Of a stretch of DNA of 64,000 nucleotides, positions 16,799-24,806 are shown in pieces. This DNA is from Patescibacteria group bacterium (GTDB lineage Bacteria; Patescibacteriota; Patescibacteriia; Patescibacteriales; GWC2-42-12): contig JBAZRI010000001.1 in the NCBI GenBank assembly GCA_041662965.1, forward strand, positions 35,680-99,679, written 5' to 3'. The stretch's first letter is position 1; every line of letters starts with the position of its first letter. The notes beneath the pieces are model-generated. The model made no database searches. It had not been told where the DNA came from and was given only the letters and a program-made list of their open reading frames with translations. The position numbers and the translations under genes were made by a program.

Positions 16799-19700
16799 AT
16801 GAAATTAAAAAAACTGAAAAATTTTTTCAAGCCTAAAAAAACCGCTATTATAGCGGCGGTTTTGCCTTGTTTGCTTATCGCCATATTGGGAAGCCTGGTT
16901 TATTGGAGCGTAACCGGCCAAAATGACAAAACCGCTTTTAATTTCGCCCTGCCCGCGACTTACGACCAGCCGATAAGAATAACTTTAGCCGGCCGGGAGC
17001 TTCTAATTTCTCCTCTAGGCAACGTTGCCTCGGCTAAAGCCGAGACTGATAAAGATAATAGTAATATCATCAGATACCTAGACGCTTTTACCAATACGGA
17101 TATCGTCCAGACAAAATATGCCAACAAACTCAAAGAAGATATTATTTTAAAACAGCCGGGCCATCCGGAAATTTTTGAATATCAAATCAATGTTCAGTTA
17201 TACGATTTCATAAAAAGCGAGTCGGGCGATTTTGTTTTTTATCAAAAAGGCAAAAGCGGCGAGGAGCTGTATAAGCTTTTTACCATTCCGGCGCCATTTT
17301 TAGTTGACGCGGACGGAATAAAAAGTTCGCTTAACGACGTGGAAACTTTTTTAACCGGCGACGGCCGGCTGACTTTAAAACCCAGCGTTGAATGGCTAAC
17401 CAAAGCTAAGTATCCGGTGATTTTAGATCCGACCATAGAAATCAGCATAATAAATGTTCATTCCCATCCGGCTCAAGGCGAAAACTGGACGGTTGAATTT
17501 AAAACCCAAGGCGCGGGTGATTTAAAAATTATTCCTAATGATCAAGCGACCATAGACGACGATGAATTCGTGTCTTTGAGCTGTGGGACCGAAAAACGCG
17601 ATGCGCAAATTTTAGCAGGAGATATTATTTTTTATCCAAATTGGTCGTGCGGTGAAACAGCGACAGTTATTCACTATACCAAAAAAGCCGGCCAGCATAC
17701 TTTAAGATTTGAGCTCGGGGAGCAGATTGCCTTCGCCTATAATCAGTCCCTTCCTGCCGACCCCGTCCACTCCAAAACCGAAACCTTAAGGCCGAACGGC
17801 GCGGGCAGCGAAACGGCCATTACTAATCAATTTCCTGCTTCCGGCGAGCATTGGGACAAGATTGATGAAACGACGGCGGATGATGATAGTACTTATGTCA
17901 TGACAGGCGGTTCCTGGCAAAGAGATCTTTATGCTTTGCCAAATCATGCTAGCTCGGGGAGAATCAATTATGTCAAGATTTACGCGCGCTTGAAAAATAA
18001 TTTAGGTTCCGCTTCTAACGGTAAAATTTCTATCAGAACAAATGGTACTGCTTATGATTCCAGCGCCTATCCCCTTACAACCAGTTGGGCAAATTATTCC
18101 AATACTTGGGCAACGAACCCGCAGACCGGCAAGGTCTGGACTTGGGCTGAAATAGACGCGCTTGAAGCCGGTGTTTCCCTGAATAGCGCAAGCATACTTA
18201 AAGGCCAGCCGATTTTAATGGCCGACGGCAGCCAGAAAAATATTGAAGACGTAAAAATTGGCGATGAAGTGATGTCATATAATTTGGATTTAAAAAAAGC
18301 TGAACCGGACAAAGTTGTTGGGCTGGGGGGCGGCTCGCATGATGACTACCTTGTTTTTAACGGCACCTTAAAAACTTCACTGAACCATGTTATTTGGACG
18401 ACCAGCGGCTATAAGCCGGCGGAAGAGATAAAAGTCGGCGACTGGCTTTTAAATTCCGCGGGCGAGGAAGTTGAAGTTCGGCAAATAGAATATGTTAAAG
18501 AAAAAGTTGACACCTATGATTTAACCATAGAAAAAAATCATAATTTTTTCGTCAGCAATTATTTGGTTCATAATCGTGATATTATCAGTGGACTTGCCAC
18601 GCAAGTTTATGTGGAAGTTGGTTATACGCCGACGACGCAAATCAACTCGCCGCTTTCCGGACGATTTAAAGATTCGTCGCTGGTCGGCTACTGGAGTTTT
18701 GACGGCGCGGATATGAGCTGGGGGTCTACTACGGCCGAAGCGCTGGACCGTTCGGGCAATAGCAACAACGGCAATGTGATTGGTTTTGACAGTAAATCCA
18801 CGGCCTCGGGCATTTCCGGCCAAGCGTTAAGTTTTGACGGGGTGGATGATTATGTGGATGCGGGAGCAAACAGTATTACAGGCAGCAATCCATTTACTTT
18901 GGCGGCTTGGCTAAAAAAAGGAGGTGTTCAGCCGGATGGTTACGGCTTAGCTGTTTTTATTGGAGATGCTTCCTCTGACCAATCTGCTTGGATTGGTTGG
19001 TGCAGTACCGCCCAGCATGGAACCGCTAATTCAATCGGCGGCGGTTTTTACGGCACGAATTATGGTTCCGGTATTACTGACAGTGATTGGCATTATGTGG
19101 TTCAAACTTTTGCCGGCGGAAGCAATGGAGCGGTTGTTTTATATGTTGACGGCGTGCCGAAAGTAAATGATAACATGACTCCAAATTTACAAAATACCTC
19201 GGTCAGATTTGGTAAGACCAATACAGGGACAGCGTATTCTTATAATGGTTTTGTTGACGACGTCCGCATTTACAATCGTGCTTTGTCGCCTGCGGAAATT
19301 TCCGAACAATACCGCGCCGGCTCGGCGCGGATGAAAGTTAATTCTCCGGCGCCGGCGGTCGCCGATACCGCTAGTTCATTGGTCGGCTATTGGAGTTTTA
19401 ATGGCGCGGATATGAACTGGGGATCTACTACGGCCGAATCACTAGACCGGAGCGGAAATAATAATAACGGCGATGTGCTTAATTTTGACAGCAAGTCCAC
19501 GGCCTCGGGCATTTCCGGCCAGGCGCTAAGTTTTGACGGGGTGAATGATTATGTTTCAATTTCTGATAACGGAACGGTTTTAGATTTTACTAATACCAGC
19601 CAATATACTTGGTCAAGCTGGATAAAAAATGCCAGCACAACTTCGGGGATTTCATGCTTTTTGTCAAAAGATTTTGGAGCCACGGGGAAAACAGCGGGAT

Positions 19701-20095
19701 TTAATTTATGTTTAAATCAGACCGGCAGTACAGCGGACGTTGTAATTTGCAAAGGAAATTCATCTTTTGCGTTAGATTGCTCCAGCGGATTAGGATTAAA
19801 TATCCCGGTTAACCAGTGGAATAATATTTCCATTACTTATGATGGAGCTTCTAATTGGGGAATCTATAAAAACGGTAGCTTTAGGGGAAATGTTAGTTTT
19901 GCGGTAACATCTGATACTTTATATAAATATTTTATTGGCGCAGGAGTAGATACGATAAGTATCGCAGGTCAAACCCCAGAATATTTTTTTAAGGGTTCTA
20001 TTGACGACGTTCGGGTTTATAACCGCACCCTTACGGCTGATGAAATTTTGCAATTGTATAATTTTGGCGCGAGAAGGGCGGAGGTTAGGCAGTAA
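16799..20095 (+). CDS. Giant surface protein: TM anchor, shared N-terminal module, unknown ~140-aa domain, Hint domain, three LamG repeats
   Basis: N-terminus paralogous to 2..2827 and 4838..7024. Hint blocks lie at residues 465-592. LamG repeats show FDGV(D/N)DYV...DDVR(I/V)YNR. Confidence 0.8.
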   Translation: MKLKKLKNFFKPKKTAIIAAVLPCLLIAILGSLVYWSVTGQNDKTAFNFALPATYDQPIRITLAGRELLISPLGNVASAKAETDKDNSNIIRYLDAFTNTDIVQTKYANKLKEDIILKQPGHPEIFEYQINVQLYDFIKSESGDFVFYQKGKSGEELYKLFTIPAPFLVDADGIKSSLNDVETFLTGDGRLTLKPSVEWLTKAKYPVILDPTIEISIINVHSHPAQGENWTVEFKTQGAGDLKIIPNDQATIDDDEFVSLSCGTEKRDAQILAGDIIFYPNWSCGETATVIHYTKKAGQHTLRFELGEQIAFAYNQSLPADPVHSKTETLRPNGAGSETAITNQFPASGEHWDKIDETTADDDSTYVMTGGSWQRDLYALPNHASSGRINYVKIYARLKNNLGSASNGKISIRTNGTAYDSSAYPLTTSWANYSNTWATNPQTGKVWTWAEIDALEAGVSLNSASILKGQPILMADGSQKNIEDVKIGDEVMSYNLDLKKAEPDKVVGLGGGSHDDYLVFNGTLKTSLNHVIWTTSGYKPAEEIKVGDWLLNSAGEEVEVRQIEYVKEKVDTYDLTIEKNHNFFVSNYLVHNRDIISGLATQVYVEVGYTPTTQINSPLSGRFKDSSLVGYWSFDGADMSWGSTTAEALDRSGNSNNGNVIGFDSKSTASGISGQALSFDGVDDYVDAGANSITGSNPFTLAAWLKKGGVQPDGYGLAVFIGDASSDQSAWIGWCSTAQHGTANSIGGGFYGTNYGSGITDSDWHYVVQTFAGGSNGAVVLYVDGVPKVNDNMTPNLQNTSVRFGKTNTGTAYSYNGFVDDVRIYNRALSPAEISEQYRAGSARMKVNSPAPAVADTASSLVGYWSFNGADMNWGSTTAESLDRSGNNNNGDVLNFDSKSTASGISGQALSFDGVNDYVSISDNGTVLDFTNTSQYTWSSWIKNASTTSGISCFLSKDFGATGKTAGFNLCLNQTGSTADVVICKGNSSFALDCSSGLGLNIPVNQWNNISITYDGASNWGIYKNGSFRGNVSFAVTSDTLYKYFIGAGVDTISIAGQTPEYFFKGSIDDVRVYNRTLTADEILQLYNFGARRAEVRQ
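18191..18574 (+). other. Hint (Hedgehog/intein) domain, bacterial intein-like (BIL), 128 aa
   Basis: Block A: SILKGQPILMADGSQKNIEDVKIGDEV. Block B: KTSLNHVIWT. Block F: TYDLTIEKNHNFFVSN. Block G: YLVHN, followed by Arg at +1 rather than Cys/Ser/Thr. Confidence 0.75.
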
Positions 20096-20134
20096 TAAAA
20101 TTAATTTTCTAATTCCTAATCAATTTTAATAATA

Positions 20135-20592
20135 AATCCCAAACCCCAATGACCAATGACCAAGCAAATCCCAATGGCATAAAACCCAAAGCAAAATACG
20201 ATTTAGAAGAAAGAACAGCTAAATACGCGGAAGCAATAATAGATTTTTCAAGAAAACTGCCGCAAGATACTATCAGCCGGCCATTGATAAATCAAATAAT
20301 CAGATCAGGAACCAGCATAGGAGCAAACTACAGCGAGGCGGATGAAGCCAGCTCTAAAAAAGATTTTTTAAATAAGATTGCCATAGCTAAAAAAGAAACA
20401 AAAGAAACTAAATATTGGTTAAGGATTATCGCTCATGCGTTACCGCAATATAAAGATGAGGCCAGAATATTATGGCGGGAAGCCCAGGAATTAAATTTAA
20501 TTTTTGCCGCTATAACCAGGAACTGTAAAAATAAAAATTAGGATTTAGGGTTTATGATTTTATTGGTCATTGGGGTTTGGTTGTTGGGATTT
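20135..20592. mobile_element. IVS-like cassette: four-helix-bundle gene enclosed by ~30-45-nt inverted repeats
   Basis: Left arm aatcccaaaccccaatgaccaatgacc (20135-20161, contains the ATG). Right arm ttggtcattggggtttggttgttgggattt (20563-20592). Confidence 0.5.
20149..20541 (+). CDS. Four-helix-bundle protein (23S rRNA intervening-sequence protein / Avd-like family)
   Basis: Family-typical ...QIIRSGTSIGANYSEADEASSKKDFLNKIAIAKKETKETKYWLRI...; 130 aa. Confidence 0.8.
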   Translation: MTNDQANPNGIKPKAKYDLEERTAKYAEAIIDFSRKLPQDTISRPLINQIIRSGTSIGANYSEADEASSKKDFLNKIAIAKKETKETKYWLRIIAHALPQYKDEARILWREAQELNLIFAAITRNCKNKN

Positions 20593-20609
20593 AATATATA
20601 TTTAAATTC

Positions 20610-22877
20610 ATGTCCGAAAAATTCATAAATAAAATAGATGGCTTAATATCAATCTTAATCAAGGCGACTATTTTTCTCTTGCCTTTATTTTTTTTACTTT
20701 GGACTAGCGAATATTTTGAGTTTAATAAGCAATTTTTACTCCGCCTGATTATGCCTTTGGCGCTATTTTTATGGCTCGCGCGTCAAGCGGCAAGAGGAGA
20801 GATAACCATTAAAACTAATCCCTTAAATCTGCCGATTATAATTTTTTTAGCCTTAACCGGCCTGTCGGCTATTTTTAGTTTAGATATATTTTCTTCTTTT
20901 TTCGGCTCTTACGGCCGTTTTTCCGACGGCTGGCTCGGCTTATTAAGCCTGGCGATTTTTTATTTTTTATTAATCAATACCGGCCTGGCCGACAGCGCGG
21001 CAAAGATTTTTGTTTTGCTGAAATTATTATTTTATTCAGCCGGCGCGGCGGCAATTATTTCGCTGCTAGCCATGTTCGGCGCGACGCAATCGCTCGCGGC
21101 CGGCTGGTTTAATATTTTAGCTTTACCTTCGTTTAATCCGGCCGGCGAATCGTTTTTGAGTTTAGCTGTTTTTTTAGCCGTGATGGCGGTTTTAGCCGCG
21201 GGATTTTTATTTTCCGGCGCCATAAAAAAACTTGACCGTTTTATTTTTAGCGCCGGCCTGGCTTTGTTTTTAGTAGTTTTAGCGCTAATAAATTTTTATT
21301 TAAGCTGGATAATATTGGCTTTAGGCGCCGGGCTTTTAATTATTTTTTGCTGGCTTAAAATCGGTTTTAGTTTTAAAAAAATATTAAATTATTATTTATT
21401 AATTCCTATCGCCTTAATGCTGGCGGCTGTTTTAATGCTGGTCTTGCCTAACTTCAGCCCGGCTAAAATAATTTTGGGCCGCGAATTGCCGAGCGAAGTT
21501 AGGCTTGATTATAAAACAGCGGTTTTAATAACGAAAAATGTAATTAATAAAAATCCGATTTTCGGCAGCGGACCGGCGACTTTTTCCCAAAGCTTTTCCC
21601 TTTACCGCCCGGCCGAGCTTAATAAAAATAATTATTGGCAGGTTAGGTTTGATAAAAGCTATTCGCAATTTTTAGAAATACCGGCTACCTCCGGATTGCC
21701 GGCGCTTTTAAGCTGGCTCTTAGTCGTTAGCCTGATAATTTACATAAATATAATTTTATTTATCAAATATTTTAAAAATCGCCAGCCGGCGCTCGCGGAC
21801 GGGGACTATGATTTAATTACCGCCGTCTTTACGGCTTTTCTTTTATTATTTTTCGCCCAGCTGTTTTTTCCGGTTAACACGGTTTTAAATTTTTCCGCCT
21901 GGCTTTTCGCCGCGCTGGCGATCGCTTTTTGGCAAATCCATAATCAAGCGGTTTTTAAAGAAAAAATATTCAATTTAAAAACAACCGCGATATTATCTTG
22001 GCTGTGGCTCCTCGGCTTGTTTTTATTAAGCGCTTTATGCCTGCCGCTGGCATTTTTTGAAATAAAATTTTTTACGGCTGAAATAGTTGCGGCCCCTGCC
22101 TTTAGCAGCGAAGCTAATTTGCTGTTAGCGGTTAAGCTAAATCCCAACCGAGCCGAATACCATATCAAGCTGGCTGAATTTTATTTAAATCGCGCGCGAG
22201 TAGAAGCGGCTAAACCGCGAGGCGAAAAAGACAATAATGTTACGGAGCTATATATTACCCGATCAATAGAAGCCGGCCGGCGAGCCGTTTTAGCCGCGCC
22301 CAATTCGGTACAAACCCACGAGACACTTGCCATGATTTACCGCGATGTCCGGCCGCTAACCATCGGAGCGGAAATTTGGGCCGTACAGTTTTTTACGAGC
22401 GCTTTAGCGCTGGAGCCGACTAATCCGATCTTAGCCGCCGAGCTGGCTAAAGCTTATTTAAATAATAATGACGCGGCCAGCGCGGAAAAATATTTTATTA
22501 AGGCCTTAGAGCTGAAAGCCGATTACTACGAAGCTAAATTTGGCCTGGCCAAAGCTTATTTAAAAAATAAAAAAGATTATTTGGCGCTTAATCTTTTAAA
22601 TGAATTGGCTACGGAAGTTTATGACGCGGAAATTTTTTATGAGCTGGGCAGATTTTATTATAACCACGGCGAAATCGCTAAGGCCATAGACAGATTTAAG
22701 CTGGTTTTAAACATCGCGCCCAAACATTCCAACAGCTTATACAGCTTAGCCGTAGCTTACGAGGCTAAAGGCGATACTGAAGAAGCCTTAAAATATTATA
22801 ATCAAGTATTGGAATTAAATCCGGGAAATGAAGAAGTGATTAAGAAAATTAAAGAGTTAAGCGGTAAATCCCGCTAG
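20610..22877 (+). CDS. Polytopic membrane protein, O-antigen ligase/polymerase-like, with C-terminal TPR repeats
   Basis: At least 10 predicted TM helices over ~480 aa, then TPR-like repeats (AEYHIKLAEFYL..., AKAYLNNND..AEKYFIKALELKADYYEA, ALKYYNQVLELNPGNEE). Confidence 0.55.
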   Translation: MSEKFINKIDGLISILIKATIFLLPLFFLLWTSEYFEFNKQFLLRLIMPLALFLWLARQAARGEITIKTNPLNLPIIIFLALTGLSAIFSLDIFSSFFGSYGRFSDGWLGLLSLAIFYFLLINTGLADSAAKIFVLLKLLFYSAGAAAIISLLAMFGATQSLAAGWFNILALPSFNPAGESFLSLAVFLAVMAVLAAGFLFSGAIKKLDRFIFSAGLALFLVVLALINFYLSWIILALGAGLLIIFCWLKIGFSFKKILNYYLLIPIALMLAAVLMLVLPNFSPAKIILGRELPSEVRLDYKTAVLITKNVINKNPIFGSGPATFSQSFSLYRPAELNKNNYWQVRFDKSYSQFLEIPATSGLPALLSWLLVVSLIIYINIILFIKYFKNRQPALADGDYDLITAVFTAFLLLFFAQLFFPVNTVLNFSAWLFAALAIAFWQIHNQAVFKEKIFNLKTTAILSWLWLLGLFLLSALCLPLAFFEIKFFTAEIVAAPAFSSEANLLLAVKLNPNRAEYHIKLAEFYLNRARVEAAKPRGEKDNNVTELYITRSIEAGRRAVLAAPNSVQTHETLAMIYRDVRPLTIGAEIWAVQFFTSALALEPTNPILAAELAKAYLNNNDAASAEKYFIKALELKADYYEAKFGLAKAYLKNKKDYLALNLLNELATEVYDAEIFYELGRFYYNHGEIAKAIDRFKLVLNIAPKHSNSLYSLAVAYEAKGDTEEALKYYNQVLELNPGNEEVIKKIKELSGKSR

Positions 22878-23038
22878 AAGGGTATTATAATCAGGATCTC
22901 GGTTCGCTGATTGTAAAATATTTATATATTTCGTTACTCTCTTTTTTATATGATTACATTCGTGGCGCTGCGCTAGGTGATTCCGCTCCGCTTGGGGCCG
23001 CTTTTTTAGAAAAAGCGGCGCAAAAATCGCGAGCTAGA

Positions 23039-23169
23039 GAAAAATTTAGGAATTTATGCCAATAATTTCTAACAAAATTTTCAACTCGCTCCGCTCAAAC
23101 AGGAAAATTTTGTAAAGAAATTTTGCCATAAATTTTATCCTAAATTTTTCTAGGCTCGCCTTAAAATAC
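23039..23169. repeat. Long AT-rich hairpin element, family M2
   Basis: ~45-nt arms (gagctagagaaaaatttaggaatttatgcc... / ...ggcataaattttatcctaaatttttctaggctc) surround the core aactcgctccgctcaaacag. The core is shared with 57709..57807. Confidence 0.55.
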
Positions 23170-23216
23170 AAATTCCCTGGTGAGTTTAAATTTTGATTTT
23201 TATTTTTATAAAAAAA

Positions 23217-23252
23217 GAAGGACACGGCTTTAAAAAAGCGGTGTCCTTTTGA
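23217..23252 (-). terminator. Rho-independent terminator after purC
   Basis: Minus strand: aaggacaccgc-tttttaaa-gccgtgtcctt followed by a T-run. Confidence 0.6.
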
Positions 23253-23281
23253 AATTAATTGTTTTTATTTCTTCCCCTCGT

Positions 23282-24199
23282 TTACAGTATGACTCCTGCG
23301 TAAGCTTCGGCTACAGTTTTATATCGCCAGCCGATTTCGGCGATGGTTTCCTCCGGCAGAAGGGGGATGGGCGGATCAGGTTTGCCGGCTAAGCGCGCTT
23401 CATCAAGCTGGCGCTTGTAGCCTATTTTGATAAGTTCCTGACGAATAAATTCCTTGGAATGGTGTTCGACGATGCCGTATCTTAATTTATCAAGCGGTAC
23501 TGGTCGATCCTCGTCCGGCGTGCAGAAAACGTCGCCAATCATTTTTTTTCTCCCCGGCCCCATAATGGGTTCGCATTTACCGTCAAGTAAAGCGTAGCCG
23601 ACTCTGGCCATCGCCAGGGAGCAGGCGCCGATTAAGCGATCAATCATTGACCAATACTGGTCGCGATCCTCGGGGGTTATGCCGGCCATGGCCAGCATTT
23701 CTTCGTCGGATAGATCACGGTCGATTTTTTCAAATTTTGTCGTGAACATATGGATCGGGTAGGGGAACGGGGTTCCGACTGCAGGAATAACACCGGCCGG
23801 CAAGCCATAATCTTCCGGCTTCTTTTTACCTGATCTGAAATCGCGATCAATACTGCCGGCATTATTAAGGCGATAAATATGTTCGGCCGGGATGACATAG
23901 TTTTCGTCTTTCGCGGTCATGTGGCGATTCGTAATGATCTGGGCTTCTTTGACGCGGATAGTCACATCGTCAATCTGCTCCACGAAATGGGTGGGTATGC
24001 CTATTTCCGCCGCTATCCGGAAAGATTTGACCGCACAAGCACACATAGCCCTGTCTTTTCCCGGAATGCCGTAGCTGGCCCGTCCGACGTCAAAGACCGA
24101 AAACCATTTCGTAAAACGGAAAGCGATGTCGGTTTTATCCACCCGATAGATGTCTTTGGCGCTACCCCTTCTAATTAACGTTAAATTCGTGAGTTTCAT
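23282..24199 (-). CDS. purC: Phosphoribosylaminoimidazole-succinocarboxamide (SAICAR) synthase
   Basis: GSAKDIYRV...FSVFDVG matches the PurC N-terminal signature. The ATG at 24199 is preceded by GGGAGA; the longer ORF to 24298 would overlap purE. Confidence 0.75.
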   Translation of the reverse strand: MKLTNLTLIRRGSAKDIYRVDKTDIAFRFTKWFSVFDVGRASYGIPGKDRAMCACAVKSFRIAAEIGIPTHFVEQIDDVTIRVKEAQIITNRHMTAKDENYVIPAEHIYRLNNAGSIDRDFRSGKKKPEDYGLPAGVIPAVGTPFPYPIHMFTTKFEKIDRDLSDEEMLAMAGITPEDRDQYWSMIDRLIGACSLAMARVGYALLDGKCEPIMGPGRKKMIGDVFCTPDEDRPVPLDKLRYGIVEHHSKEFIRQELIKIGYKRQLDEARLAGKPDPPIPLLPEETIAEIGWRYKTVAEAYAGVIL

Positions 24200-24245
24200 G
24201 TTCTTATCTCCCTTCCATTTTTGTTTTTTGGTTACTGGCTCAAGG

Positions 24246-24773
24246 TTAATCAGGCCAGCCGGCTTTTTTAAGTTTTTCCGCTTTATCTCTGGTTTCATAT
24301 ATTAGTTTTTTGCGGTATGTAGAGAGCTTATTTTCTATCGCGGTATCACTAATCGCCAGAATTTCTATGGCCAGAAGAGCCGCATTGGCCGCTCCGTTAA
24401 TCGCCACCGTTGCTACGGGAATTCCTGTGGGCATTTGCGCGCTTGAAAGTAACGCGTCAAGTCCGTTGACCGCTGTCAACGTTTTACCGGCTATAGGTAT
24501 GGCTATTACCGGCCTGACTGTTCGAGAAGCTATAGTTCCAGCCAGATGAGCGGCGGCTCCGGCCGCGGCGATAAAAATTTTACAACCGCGATTTTGCTCC
24601 CAGTCCCTGACAATTCTCTCTAAATCTTCAGGCGTACGGTGAGCGGAACAGATTGTCGCGGCATAAGGAATTTTGAATTCTTCAAGTATTTCTTTCGCTT
24701 TTTCAACGATCGGTACGTCCGAATCGCTGCCGATAATAACTCCGACTGCAATAGGTCTTTTTTCCGTTGTCAT
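24246..24773 (-). CDS. purE: PurE (N5-CAIR mutase / AIR carboxylase catalytic subunit)
   Basis: VGVIIGSDSDVPIV...CSAHRTPEDL...FIAAAGAAAHLAG motifs. SD GGAGGAGG is present. Confidence 0.85.
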   Translation of the reverse strand: MTTEKRPIAVGVIIGSDSDVPIVEKAKEILEEFKIPYAATICSAHRTPEDLERIVRDWEQNRGCKIFIAAAGAAAHLAGTIASRTVRPVIAIPIAGKTLTAVNGLDALLSSAQMPTGIPVATVAINGAANAALLAIEILAISDTAIENKLSTYRKKLIYETRDKAEKLKKAGWPD

Positions 24774-24806
24774 GACTTCCTCCTCCTTTGGCGGTTAGTG
24801 GTTATT

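Noticed and set aside
18191-18574. Canonical self-splicing mini-intein.
   Set aside because: The +1 residue after the terminal HN is Arg, so there is no nucleophile. The host protein is a variable surface protein rather than a conserved enzyme active site. The paralogues show no conserved extein junction. It is called a BIL/Hint auto-processing domain instead.
16799-20541. Possible diversity-generating retroelement: an Avd-family four-helix-bundle gene lies directly downstream of a variable LamG surface protein, and CPR genomes are rich in DGRs.
   Set aside because: There is no reverse transcriptase gene in the window. The only long repeat pair involving the 3' end of the target (19532..20066 vs 9969..10503) differs by all substitution types (C/T, G/A, etc.), not by adenine-specific changes. 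The four-helix-bundle gene is instead packaged in inverted repeats like an IVS cassette.
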